Shown piece after piece: positions 11,295 to 22,009 of a DNA stretch of 64,000 nt. The notes beneath the pieces are model-generated. The model had not been told where the DNA came from. It was given only the letters and a program-made list of their open reading frames with translations, and searched no databases. The position numbers and the translations under genes are program-made. Position 1 is the stretch's first letter. Every line of letters starts with the position of its first letter. Source of the stretch: Balanoglossus misakiensis (lineage: Eukaryota; Animalia; Hemichordata); the NCBI GenBank assembly GCA_040954595.2, contig JBECUI020000041.1, positions 1 to 64,000 on the forward strand. Direction: 5' to 3'.

Positions 11295-12649
11295 TTCGTA
11301 GCTGGGGACAAAGGATAGGAAATTTCCTGCGCAATGGACCCTGCAATGCTACAAAGCTGTTGTTCGCTATGGGCCCTGCCCATGATCTGCATGCCCAGGG
11401 GCAGGGCGTTTCCTGAGGAAAGGGGAAAGGCCAGAGAGGGCATCCCGGTAAGGTTGGCCGGCACGGTATAACGATCTCCTAAACACTGCTGAAAGGCATC
11501 CAGGTCATCTGGCCGAAAGGCCTGGGTAGGAAAGACTGGCAGAAGCAGGGCATCAATGGAATCAAAGACTTTGTTGTAGAGCTGCCGGATCATGTTCCGC
11601 ACACGCTGGGCCTTCACGTAGTACTGTTCATAAAATCCTGAACGCAGGACATAGGTTCCCAGAAGTATGCGCAGTTTGACCTCCGGCCCGAATCCATCGG
11701 AACGGCTTAAGCGGACCAGGTTATCGCCATCCTGAGACAGGCTCCTGCTGCCATAACGAATGCCGTCAAAGCGGGCCAGGTTGGAACTGGCCTCGGCGGT
11801 GGCAATAATGTAATAAGAAATAATCCCATGTTCTGGATTGGGAAGCTCTACCTCAACTATCTGGTACCCTTGGTCACGAAATCTCCCGATGGCATAGTTG
11901 TAGCCCTCTCGAATGGCAGGGGTGCTGTCCTGCACATAATCAGGACAGATACCTATGCGAGTAGGAGATTCATTCTTTGGCAGCCGGAGGGGAGGAATGG
12001 AGGTCTGATCTTTATGGTCCTGACCGGCCATGCATAGAAACGCAGCTTCGATAAGATCCAGGGAATCTGCCAGGATGCCGATGACATCGAAAGAGGAGGC
12101 ATAGGCTACCAGACCGTAGCGGGAAACGGTCCCGTAGGTAGGTTTAAGACCATAGACACCGCAGAACGACGCCGGCTGCCGAACCGAACCTCCGGTATCG
12201 GAGCCCAGGGCCAGGGGCACCATGCCCGCAGCAACAACGGCGGCTGAACCGCCACTTGAGCCCCCCGCTACCCTCTCCTTGTCCCAGGGGTTATGCGTTC
12301 GCTGAAAAGCAGAATTGTCCGTTGCAGACCCCATGCCGAACTCATCCAAATTGGTCTTGCCCACCACCCGGGCTCCTGCCGCCATAAGAGAAGAAACCGC
12401 CGTGGCCGTGTAGGGGCTGATAAAGTGCTCCAAGAAACGCGAAGCACAACTCAGTCGAAAACCCTTAACCGCAATATTGTCCTTGATGGCCACGGGAAGA
12501 TTAGCCAAAAGGGAATTCTGATTTGTACCTGCAAGAGGCCCGATACGCCCAGGATCAAATTCCAGAAATCCGCCTATTTTCTTGTCGGTCTCTTGGACAT
12601 ACTGCTTGTATAGTTCAATGGTATTATTACCGAGTACAGAGTTCCACAC
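11267..12649 (-). CDS. gatA: Asp/Glu-tRNA amidotransferase subunit A
   Basis: Amidase signature GKTNLDEFGMGS, GGSSGGS, GSDTGGSVRQP, SNLARFDGIRYG. Confidence 0.95.
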   Translation of the reverse strand: MWNSVLGNNTIELYKQYVQETDKKIGGFLEFDPGRIGPLAGTNQNSLLANLPVAIKDNIAVKGFRLSCASRFLEHFISPYTATAVSSLMAAGARVVGKTNLDEFGMGSATDNSAFQRTHNPWDKERVAGGSSGGSAAVVAAGMVPLALGSDTGGSVRQPASFCGVYGLKPTYGTVSRYGLVAYASSFDVIGILADSLDLIEAAFLCMAGQDHKDQTSIPPLRLPKNESPTRIGICPDYVQDSTPAIREGYNYAIGRFRDQGYQIVEVELPNPEHGIISYYIIATAEASSNLARFDGIRYGSRSLSQDGDNLVRLSRSDGFGPEVKLRILLGTYVLRSGFYEQYYVKAQRVRNMIRQLYNKVFDSIDALLLPVFPTQAFRPDDLDAFQQCLGDRYTVPANLTGMPSLAFPLSSGNALPLGMQIMGRAHSEQQLCSIAGSIAQEISYPLSPATKWIQKQKKK

Positions 12650-12658
12650 TATGCTTAC

Positions 12659-12931
12659 CTATAAAATATTAGGGAGAAGAATAAAGCCGTCTTCGTGCTC
12701 TGTGGCCTTATCTATTAAACCCATGGTTTTGTTCTTCTCGGGTATGTCTTCTCGAAGTGCCCCGCTCTGCCAAGGTTGAGAACTTTCCTCATATTGTGAT
12801 ACGTTCAATTTGTCAAAGGCGGCAAAGTATTCCAGAAGCTTGGATACCCCTTGTGTAAATTGCTCTATTTCTGAGTCTTTAAGATCAAGATGCGCCAATT
12901 CAGCTGTGATACGTATCTCTTGCTTGTCCAC
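12659..12931 (-). CDS. gatC: Asp/Glu-tRNA amidotransferase subunit C
   Basis: 90 aa, AELAHL...LRED pattern, directly upstream of gatA. Confidence 0.85.
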   Translation of the reverse strand: MDKQEIRITAELAHLDLKDSEIEQFTQGVSKLLEYFAAFDKLNVSQYEESSQPWQSGALREDIPEKNKTMGLIDKATEHEDGFILLPNIL

Positions 12932-13061
12932 CCCTTACTTGTAGGATTTATTCCCCTTAGCTGTCAAGCCCCGTCTCTGTAGTCAAAGAATTTTCTTCTG
13001 TAAAACTTATATGCCGCAAAGAATTCACTTCCCTTAACCCCATGGTTTAGACAATAATGGC

Positions 13062-14584
13062 ATGAAGGAATTGATCATGCGCTTCTTTTTAATAGCCTCT
13101 TTCCTCTTCCTCTTGACTTTCCCGCTAATCAGCCAGGAATTTCCCCCTGGGGAGGCCCCTTTTTACACAATACTTCTGCGGGGTGAAGTGGACCGCTATT
13201 TGGGAGTTTTTCTTAGCCGTTCTTTGGAAGAGGCCGAAAAGGCCGGAGCGGAGACGGTGATTTTTGAAATTGACACATTTGGCGGCCGGGTGGATACAGC
13301 CTTGGAGATTGCCAGCCGCATTGGTTCATCAGCGGTAAAGAAAACCGTGGCCTATATTCCCGCCGATGCCGGGGGACGGGGTGTCAGCTGGTCTGCCGGG
13401 GCCCTGATAGCCTTTAGCTGTATGGAAATCTGGATGGCCCCGGGAACTTCTCTGGGAGCGGCAGCGCCGGTGTATCAAACAACCGAAGGCATGACAATGG
13501 CACCGGAGAAAACCGTTAGTGCCATCAGGGGACAGATGGCAGCACTGGCCGAAAAAAATGGCTACCCCCTGGAGTGGCTCTGGCCATGGTGGATGCCGAT
13601 GTGGTGCTGAAGGAGATCACTCAGGACGGAAAAACAGAACTACTTACCAGTGTAGATATTACTGTTCTTCAAAACAAAGAGATCTCTTTTGTTGAAGGAC
13701 GTACCGTAAGTGCCGAGGGGAAGCTGCTCACCCTTACCGCTGGAGAGATGGAACGCTACGGCGTTTCAGAGGGAAGTATTTCATCAAGAACAGCTTTGAT
13801 TACCGCCCTGGAAGGCGATCCTGAAAACGCGGTGGTTTTGGAAAAAGATGCACCCGACAGACTGGTGGCCCTGCTCACAAGCGGAGCCGTGACCAGCATT
13901 CTTCTTCTTCTGGCCCTGGTGGGCCTCTACATAGAAATCACAAGCCCAGGTTTCGGGATTCCTGGAACGCTGGCCCTTATTGCCTTTGCCCTGGTTTTTG
14001 GTGGAAGTGCCTTGGTCGGAAATCTGGGTCCAGTGGAACTTCTGCTTTTTCTAGCAGGGGTGGTCTTGCTGTTGATAGAAATTTTTCTTATCCCGGGGTT
14101 TGGGCTAGCTGGAATAGGGGGGATTGTTCTCATACTGGTTTCCCTGCTTTTCAGCCTTCAGAATTTCTATTGGCCAACCTTTAACTGGCAGTGGAATGTG
14201 ATCAGACGCAACCTTGTTATTCTGGGACTTGGGCTTTTTGGGGCCTTCCTTTCTATTGTGGTCCTGATGATGTCCATGCCCCGGATACGGCTTTTTGACC
14301 GACTAATCCTTCATGATCCCAAGGGAAAGGACGTTGAGGACAAGAGTACCCCACGGAAATATCCCGAAACTCGTGAAGAGCCCTCCCCTCCCCTCCTGAA
14401 TGAATTAGTGGGAAAAACTGGCATAACTCTTACTCCCTTGCGTCCCGTTGGTAAGGCCAGAATTGATGAGAAAACCATGATTGTGGAAACTGAAGGGGAT
14501 TTTATTCCTCCGAAAAGTCGTATTGAGATAATTAGGGTGGAAAGTTTTAAAATTTTTGTAATGGAAAAAAAGGAAAATACATAA
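13062..14584 (+). CDS. NfeD family membrane protein (ClpP-like N-domain, TM region, OB-fold); frameshift near 13570
   Basis: [29 protein letters not shown] repeats, TPLRPVG. Confidence 0.85.
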
Positions 14585-15585
14585 TGTTTTATGTGCTTAG
14601 TATACTTATAGGTCTCGTTGTCATTACCGTTTTAGTTATTATCCTGAAATTCTTTGGCTCCTGGTTTCGGGCCCTTCTTTCAGGTGCTCCAGTTAAAATG
14701 GGCCGTTTGATCGGGATGTGGATCAGGAAAGTACGAATTAAAGTGATTGTGGATAGCCGGATCATGCTGGTCAAGGGCGGGCTGCCCATAGACACCGACC
14801 TTTTAGAAACACATTTCCTAGCTGGGGGCGACGTGGAGCGGCTCAGTACGGCCCTGATTGCCGCCAACAAGGCCAAAATTGATCTTCCCTTTGAAAGGGC
14901 GGCGGCCATAGATCTGGCGGGACGAGATGTTCTGGATGCGGTTAAGACCAGCGTTAACCCCAAAGTAATAGATTGTCCTAATCCCGAGACGGGAAAAGGA
15001 AAATTCACCATAGACGCCGTGGCCAAAGACGGCATTCAACTCAAGGCCAAGGGCCAGAGTAACGGTGCGGGCCAACATCGACCGCCTTATCGGGGGGGCT
15101 ACCGAGGAAACTATTATTGCCCGGGTGGGAGAGGGTATTGTTACCACCATAGGTTCGGCGGGCTCCTACAAAGATGTGTTGGAAAACCCCGATAAGATTT
15201 CCAAGAGGGTGCTGGATACGGGACTTGATGCCGGTACGGCCTTTGAAATTCTTTCCATCGATATTGCCGATGTGGATGTAGGCTCCAACATAGGGGCAAA
15301 ACTTCAGGCCGATCAGGCCGAGGCCGATACCCGACGATTCCAGGCCGAGGCGGAGCAGCGCCGGGCAGCAGCACGGGCCAGGGAGCAGGAGATGGTAGCG
15401 GAAGTTCAGGAGAATCGGGCTAAGGTGGTGCTGGCCGAAGCGGGAAATTCCTCAGGCATTGCCGAATCCTTCGGAAGGGAAATATAGGAATTATGGATTA
15501 CTACCATCTGAAGAATCTCCAGGCCGACACAGACATGCGCTCAAGCCTGGGAGACCAGACCAAGAATCCGACAGACAATGGGTGA
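14584..15585 (+). CDS. floA: Flotillin-like protein FloA/YqfA (frameshifted)
   Basis: [63 protein letters not shown]-terminal MDYY..N.QADTDMR. Confidence 0.88.
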
Positions 15586-16047
15586 ATTTTTTTAGTCGTA
15601 TTCTTTCCTTGATTCCTGCGGTTTTGGGAGTTATCTGGATACTCAATGTTCTGTTTCGGCGGCGAAGGAGAACAGCTTCACAGTCTTCCGCAGATCGCCC
15701 TGTTCGGCAGACCATGAAGAGGCCTGAGGGAAGACCTAAGCAGACAGCAAAAAAGAAAAAGGTCTTCCCCGAAGCCCCGAAGCCCCCGAAGCCCCCTTGC
15801 TTGCTCCCCAGCTCGCCGTAGTCAGAGTTCATCTCCCACGGTCAGAACCCTTGAAACCAGAATTCCTGCTCCAACGGCCCCAACTCACCAGGGTATAGGA
15901 GACCGGATTGACAAACTCCCTCCCCTGGCCCGCGGAATACTCTGGGCGGAAATTTTGGGACCTCCAAAAGGACTGAGACAGCCCTACAGCCCCCCTAAGC
16001 CATCGCCTGGTTTTCCCTTGAATGCAGAGCACAGAAAGAGCCGATGA
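15582..16047 (+). CDS. YqfB-like third gene of the nfeD-floA operon (frameshifted)
   Basis: N-terminal TM, Lys/Pro-rich linker, ILWAEILGPPKGLR near 15940-15980; end approximate. Confidence 0.5.
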
Positions 16048-16430
16048 CAAGGGGGCTTATAACCGGCTTTAGCCCCTGCCCCTTCCAAATCTCTTAAGAA
16101 CATAGGGGCCTGGCTTTCTCGATAAAGAGTTCTCCAACACTGCAGAACAGGGCCTGCCAGACTCTGGGGATGCCCGTGATGGAAGTTTTCTTGGTTTATT
16201 GGAGAAGATTGCTGTTTTGGCGGCCAACGTGGAAGCTCAAGAAGTCAAGTGGGCAGGTGCCAAACAAAAAATAAATTCCTTAGGGAAACTTCGCCATTGA
16301 CTCCCATAAATCCATGAGGGGCTTTTCTCCAGCGGCATCAAATTTGTCCTTATCCCTCTTCAGTCATCCTGCTGGCAAGGGCCTGATTTTTCCGTTTATT
16401 TCATCTCTTTTTTTAACCGATGGGTTGAAT

Positions 16431-18014
16431 ATGAGCATATTGAGAATCCTCGTCTTTTTGTTATTGTTTCCCTTATGGCTTCCAGCTCTTGATTCTTCTC
16501 TTTCTGAGTCCTGGTACTACAGGATACACATGGACGCTATGCAAAAATTGTGGGTTTGGGTCGGATTGATATAGGGAAGGCCAGAGAGACCAATGCCTAT
16601 CGCCTGGTTCGGGATGCTAAGGGCCGACTTATAGAAGTCAGTTATCATCGTTCCGGACGCTCTGTGGCCGATCCCCTTTACGGAGTGAGCCGCATAGAGT
16701 TCCAGGATGAAGGAAACTACCTCTACCGTCGCTTTACCGATTCCCGGGAAATGCCTGTTCCCAATGACATGGGAATCTGGGCAATGAGGCTCAAACTGAA
16801 TGCAGAGGGAAAGGCCGTGGGGCTGTATCAATATGACCGATACGGAAATCTTATTGCCGACCGGGAAGGAGTGGCGGTGAAGCTCTGGGATCTTGATAAC
16901 AAGGGACGGCGAATCAGGGAGATGTTCTTTGATCCCAGGGTAAACGCATTAGCACACTCAGGGAATTGCTGAGCTTGAGTATTTTTGGAATGATCGCGAT
17001 CTCTTGACAGAAATCCGCTACAAGGACCTTGCAGGTAAGGCGATGGGAGAAAACGACAAGGGAGTTTACAGCCTGAGTTTTTCCTACGACGAGAATGCCT
17101 ACATGATCCGGGAGGAACGATTTGATTCTAAAATGAGACCCGTTACTGGCCCCGACGGTTCGGCTCTACTCACTTTTAAGCGGGATGAGCGAGGCTTTGT
17201 TCTGGAAGAACGGCATTACGATAGGAAACTTGAACCCGCCTCCGACATCAAGGGAGTGGCCATCTACATCCGAGAATACGACGAGGCAGGTAATCTTATT
17301 CGCCAAGAACATCGAAACTCCTTGGAAAAACCAAGTCCCAATAAGAAGGCGTCACCGTCTATAAATGGACACACTACCCCCAGGGCAATGCCCTGGAGCA
17401 ATTGAATCTGGATGCCAAGGGCGAACTCGTGGAAGATGATTCGGGCATGGCCTCCTACCGATGGGAATATGACGAAAGAAGGACTCATTGTCGCCTCTAC
17501 CTCCTTTGGTACCGATGATCTTCCCAAACATGACCTTTGGGGCGTCGCTCGCTACCGCTACCGCTATAATGAGGATAAAGATCTTATTGAGGCACGAAGT
17601 TTTTCCGATTGGGAAACCCTGGTGAAAGATCTAACTGGTGTAGCGATTTATCGCTGGGAATACGATGATAAGAGGCAGAAAATTGCCCAGCTCCACTACG
17701 ATGATCACGATCAATTTGTAGAGAATTCCCAGGGAATTGCCGAATACCGGTGGGCCTACGCAAATGAAGGGAACCGGGTGGAACAACGGCAGTATGGCTT
17801 ATACAATCAGCTTCGCTCCAATCCTGAAGTGTGGCAATCTATGCCTGGACCTACGATCAGTACGGCCGGGTGACCGAACGGAGGCATTTTTGGCATTGAT
17901 GAACAGGCTGTGGAAGACAGTCTGGGGACGGCCATGACCTACATCTCCTACGATGAGAAGGCCAGACCCATAGATGCAGCACGGTTTAACCGCCGTACCC
18001 TACCCACACATTAA
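16431..18014 (+). CDS. Secreted YD/RHS-like repeat protein, split into several ORFs
   Basis: Signal-like MSILRILVFLLLFPLWLPA; recurring GVAxYxxxYDxxGN motif in ORFs 16550, 17004 and 17412. Confidence 0.55.
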
Positions 18015-18083
18015 AAACTGGCCTCCAGGCTCCTTGAACTTTGTCAGCAAATCGCCAGAGCCCCGTAGGGCCTCTTTACAATC

Positions 18084-18577
18084 TCAAGAGAAGACTCCCA
18101 CAGCAGCCTTTACAAAGAAAAGCTTAGGAACCCCACCATGGTTATCTTCAAGAGAACTCCCAAAATCGCACCGACAAAGACCCCAAAAGCTGCCTTTAAG
18201 GGGCTTCATTCTTCGAGTTAAACAGGATTTCCCCCAGGAGGGCTCCAGCAAAGGCGCCGAGGAAGATACCCCAAGGAGGAAAGAGCAAGGTTCCAAGCAG
18301 CATTCCAGAACACTGCCCCATATTCCCCCTCTCCCGGCCCCCGCTTTTTTTGAGGCCAGCACAGGAAAAATATTGTCCAATAGGGTTATGATGAGGGACA
18401 AGGCCCCCAGCAGGACCAAAAGGAAGGGGAAAAACTTTCCCATTTGCTGGCAATAGAAATGAGAATCAGTGAAAGAAAAGCCAAAACAGGCCCCGGTACT
18501 ACCGGAAGAACACAGCCAATAAGGCCAAGGATAAGGCAAAAAGTGCCCCCAATAATCATGAAGATTTCCAGTAACAT
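18084..18577 (-). CDS. DUF456 family membrane protein (frameshifted)
   Basis: GLIGCVLPVVPGP, KKAGAGRGGIWG, GIFLGAFAGALLGE across frames. Confidence 0.65.
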
Positions 18578-18763
18578 TGCTAACTTTCCTTCTCTGAACA
18601 ATAATCTCCTTAAGGATAAGAAAATCGCCACTTTCGTCAACAAAACCCATACCACCCTCCCCTCTCCCCAGGAAGATCACCAAAAAGGGCATGCCAGATT
18701 CCCTTTAAATTCTTGAAGCTATACATGGAGCTTGTCATTAATATGTCTTGGAAGGAAAACACT

Positions 18764-19339
18764 ATGGATCTTGCCCTAAAAAGAATGGTCATGGTATCTA
18801 TCTTTGCGGCTCTTATTGTTGTTGGCGCCTATGTGGCCATCCCTATGGGACCCGTGCCTATGGTTCTGACCACTCTTTTTGTTATTTTAGGGGGACTGTT
18901 TCTAGGTCCTCTTTACGGGACTGCCGCCGTGGCTGTCTATTTGACCCTTGGCTTCCTGGGAATGCCGGTCTTCGCTAATGGGACAGCGGGGCTCCAGGTA
19001 ATGGCGGGACCTACGGGGGGTTACCTGCTAGGCTACCTTCCGGCAGCGGCACTGGCAGGGGCGATATTTCATGGTGGCAGAAGAAGCCTGGCGGCCTTGA
19101 TCGTGGCGATCATAGCAGCAACGGTAGTGATTTACCTTCCGGGGCTGCTTTGGCTGCACCGATGGTTTCTGGTCAACCGCGAGAGGGAAAGTTGGACTTG
19201 GAGTGCCACCTTGGCTGCGGGGCTTAGTCCCTTTTTGATTGGCGATGCTCTCAAAGGTGTGGCCGCTGTTGCTCTGGCCCGAATTCTGGGGCTCCGCTTT
19301 GGCTCCTTGTTCCTTCCGGTAAAGCAACGAAAGGTCTGA
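18764..19339 (+). CDS. bioY: Biotin transporter S component
   Basis: PVPMVL, YLTLGFLGMPVFA, GPTGGYLLG, PFLIGDALK. Confidence 0.9.
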   Translation: MDLALKRMVMVSIFAALIVVGAYVAIPMGPVPMVLTTLFVILGGLFLGPLYGTAAVAVYLTLGFLGMPVFANGTAGLQVMAGPTGGYLLGYLPAAALAGAIFHGGRRSLAALIVAIIAATVVIYLPGLLWLHRWFLVNRERESWTWSATLAAGLSPFLIGDALKGVAAVALARILGLRFGSLFLPVKQRKV

Positions 19340-20088
19340 TGAGCCCCCTACTTGAAATTCATAATCTTCACCACCAACTTCCCGGTGGAAGACTGGGTCT
19401 GAAGGGCATAGACCTGGTTTTCAATAAGGGCGAATTTGTTGTTTTGGCTGGACGCAATGGGTCGGGAAAAACTCTCCTGATGCGGCATTTTAACGGGCTG
19501 CTTGCCCCTAATTCCGGTACAATACTGTGGGAGGGTAGTCCCATCTCCGAGAATCTGACAAAGATTCGACAGCAAATAGGGCTGGTTTTTCAAGATACCG
19601 ATGCCCAGATTGTGGGCCAGACTGTAGCTCAGGACCTGGCCTTTGGCCCTGCAAATCTTAGGCTCCCCAGAGAAATCATAAACCAGCGAGTAGCCTGGGC
19701 CCTGGCCGAGACAGGTTTGGCAGGACTGGAAGAACGGCGGCCCTACACCTTATCAGGTGGGGAAAAACGTCGCCTTACCGTGGCAGGCGTTCTCTGTATG
19801 GACCCGCAGATGATGGTTCTGGATGAACCCTTTACCGGCCTGGACTGGCCTGGAAGTGCCGATCTTCTTAAGGTGCTGGACAGGCTGCACAGCTTGGGTA
19901 AGACCCTTGTGGTCATTACCCATGACCTGGAGAAAATTCTGGCCCACACCCAACGGCTCATCATTTTGGAAGAGGGGCAGGTGGTAGAAGATGGCAAAGC
20001 TCAAGAAGTTTTAGAAACTGTGGAGCACTACGGTATCCGCCGACCAAAGGGCCCCCTTGAGTCCATGTCCTGGAAGAATTCTTTATGA
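19339..20088 (+). CDS. ECF transporter ATPase (BioM/CbiO-like)
   Basis: GRNGSGKT, GLVFQD, LSGGEKRR, LDEP. Confidence 0.9.
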   Translation: MSPLLEIHNLHHQLPGGRLGLKGIDLVFNKGEFVVLAGRNGSGKTLLMRHFNGLLAPNSGTILWEGSPISENLTKIRQQIGLVFQDTDAQIVGQTVAQDLAFGPANLRLPREIINQRVAWALAETGLAGLEERRPYTLSGGEKRRLTVAGVLCMDPQMMVLDEPFTGLDWPGSADLLKVLDRLHSLGKTLVVITHDLEKILAHTQRLIILEEGQVVEDGKAQEVLETVEHYGIRRPKGPLESMSWKNSL

Positions 20089-20858
20089 CAGAGGGGATAT
20101 TTTTTCATTATCAGCCGGGTAAGAGCCCCTGCCACCGCCACGACAGCAGATTAAAGATTATTGAACTGGGACTCATGGGGGCTTTGGCTCTTAGGATGTC
20201 TTTTCCCGCCCTGGGAATTCTGGGAGTGCTGCTGGGGGCCCTTCATGCTCTGGGAAAATCTCCTCTTCTTGCTATGCGAGGTCCCTTAAGGGCCTGGGCT
20301 TTTCTCGCTTTGATTATGTCACTAACGCTGGGACTAACGGGTGCCGGAGAACCTCTAACTCTACCGTTTGGGGGTGGGCTTCGTCTTCCTTTTACGAAGG
20401 AGGGTCTTCTTGAAGGAGCTCTCAGGTCCTCACGGCTTTTGCTAATCCTTTTGGCAGGACAGCTCTTTGTTGCCACCACCAATCCTGCAGAATTTCCCGA
20501 GGCCATCCGCAGCCTGCTCTTTTTTCTTCCCAGACGCCTCTCAAGGGGGATAGCCACTCTTTTTTCTCTGACCCTGGGTTTTGTTCCCCTTCTTCTGGAT
20601 GAGGCTAAAACCATTCAGGAAGCCGCCAGAAGCCGAGGTCTGGGAAGCCGGCGTTCCCCTGCGGCCAAAATAGCAGCTCTGGCAGCCCCGCTCTTGGGGG
20701 GAATTATGCGGAGAGGAGAGCTTATGGCCGAGGCCATGCTTTCACGGGCCTATGGAGAAGAACCCACTCCCATGGGACTTGCCCTTGGTGTAAAGGACCT
20801 TGCGGTTACCTTGGGACTGATAGGAATTATTTTGGGAAGCATGTTCCTTTTTTCTTAA
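20085..20858 (+). CDS. ECF transporter T component (BioN/CbiQ-like)
   Basis: TM helices, ARSRG and AMLSRAY motifs, operon context. Confidence 0.85.
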   Translation: MTEGIFFHYQPGKSPCHRHDSRLKIIELGLMGALALRMSFPALGILGVLLGALHALGKSPLLAMRGPLRAWAFLALIMSLTLGLTGAGEPLTLPFGGGLRLPFTKEGLLEGALRSSRLLLILLAGQLFVATTNPAEFPEAIRSLLFFLPRRLSRGIATLFSLTLGFVPLLLDEAKTIQEAARSRGLGSRRSPAAKIAALAAPLLGGIMRRGELMAEAMLSRAYGEEPTPMGLALGVKDLAVTLGLIGIILGSMFLFS

Positions 20859-20886
20859 ATTTTTCTGCTGTCAAGGCAAAAACTAC

Positions 20887-20916
20887 TTGACCAATTCTTT
20901 AGGATTTAGGTATGGT
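20887..20916 (+). promoter_or_regulatory. Sigma70-type promoter of tRNA-Asn
   Basis: TTGACC-18 nt-TATGGT ending 18 nt before the tRNA. Confidence 0.55.
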
Positions 20917-20934
20917 TCTTAGCAGGTTTGTCAA

Positions 20935-21006
20935 TCCCCTGTAGCTCAGTTGGTAGAGCGGGTGGCTGTTAACCACTAGGTCGGCAGTTCGAGTCTGTCC
21001 GGGGAG
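20935..21006 (+). tRNA. tRNA-Asn (GTT)
   Basis: D arm GCTCAGTTGGTAGAGC, anticodon arm GGTGG-CTGTTAA-CCACT, T arm GGCAG-TTCGAGT-CTGTC; 3' acceptor strand is one base short. Confidence 0.92.
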
Positions 21007-21050
21007 TTTAAAAAAAGGCTTGTCCTCATTCAAGCATAGTTTGGTTTGCT

Positions 21051-21090
21051 GAAAGCCCTGGCGGGGTTACCGTTGGGGCTTTCGTTTTTT
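21051..21090 (+). terminator. Intrinsic terminator after tRNA-Asn
   Basis: GAAAGCCC...GGGCTTTC stem followed by GTTTTTT. Confidence 0.7.
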
Positions 21091-21173
21091 GGGGGTAGCG
21101 TTCGCAGGGGGAATGCTACCCTCGGCGTACGGGGGCATCGCCTTGCTGGCTCTCGGAGCTCAGGAGATCACAC
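21085..21173 (+). repeat. About 90-bp element, copy 1 (copy 2 at 42827-42917); begins with hairpin GGGTAGCGTTC..GAATGCTACCC
   Basis: Near-identical to 42827-42917. Confidence 0.9.
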
Positions 21174-21362
21174 TCCGGGGCGCTCGGAATCGTTCCAGAC
21201 CCCGATCGCGCTCTCTGAGGCAGAGAGCGGGGACAGAGCACGGCCCGTTGGTTTACACAACTCGGCGGCGCGGAGATTTGTTTACACAACTCGGGCGGGC
21301 GAGTGGCTGGTTTACAGCGGATCTCAAGTCCCGATAATCCTTGGAAGGAGGACACGGGTTCG

Positions 21363-21991
21363 ATGGCGGCTCTTTCGGTCGAGAAGCTCTACGAGAAGCA
21401 TTACGCGGGCGAGAAGGCCCGGCGCGGCTTCTTCGATGCGCTCGCCGCCTGGCGCCAGCCGACGAGAGTCCTCTACCCTGGCAGCTTCATCCATGTGACC
21501 GCGTCCCTCGTGTTTCCCTCGGTCGTGTACGTGGACAACGACCGCAACGCCAAGCGGTTCTTCTCCGCGATGGACGATGTCGTTTCCTTCGTGACCCGCC
21601 ACAGGTCTACGGCGAGACGCCCGAGATGACCTTCCATGGTTCGAGCTACGAGGCCGACATCCCCGAGCCGGACGGCTCCTTCGATCTGCTCATTTCCCTC
21701 TACGCCGGCTTCATCTCCAAGCCCTGCAAGCGATACCTGAAGCTCGGCGGCATCCTCGCCGTGAACAACAGCCACGGCGATGCGGGCCTCGCCTCCATCG
21801 ATCCCGACTACGAGTTCATCGGGGTGATCCAAGGACGGGGTGATCGGCTTCGCGTGGTCGAGGAGAACCTCGATACCTACTTCAAGCCGAAGAAGGCAAC
21901 GAAGGTGACCGAAGAGCTGCTGCGCAAGCTGAACCGGGGCATCGGTTACACCAAGACGGCGCCCGGCTACTTGTTCAAGAGGGTCCGGTAG
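21363..21991 (+). CDS. Putative class I SAM-dependent methyltransferase-like protein, copy 1 (frameshift near 21603)
   Basis: [31 protein letters not shown]; paralog at 51046. Confidence 0.6.
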
Positions 21992-22009
21992 GCAATCACC
22001 TCGACAACC

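Noticed and set aside
8535-12931. ND-AspRS plus gatCAB near tRNA-Asn as a novel pathway
   Set aside because: This is the well-known indirect Asn-tRNA route.
20995-21006. Defective tRNA acceptor stem or attL scar
   Set aside because: One missing base at a G-run fits the indel pattern seen throughout, and I did not find a duplicated tRNA 3' end.
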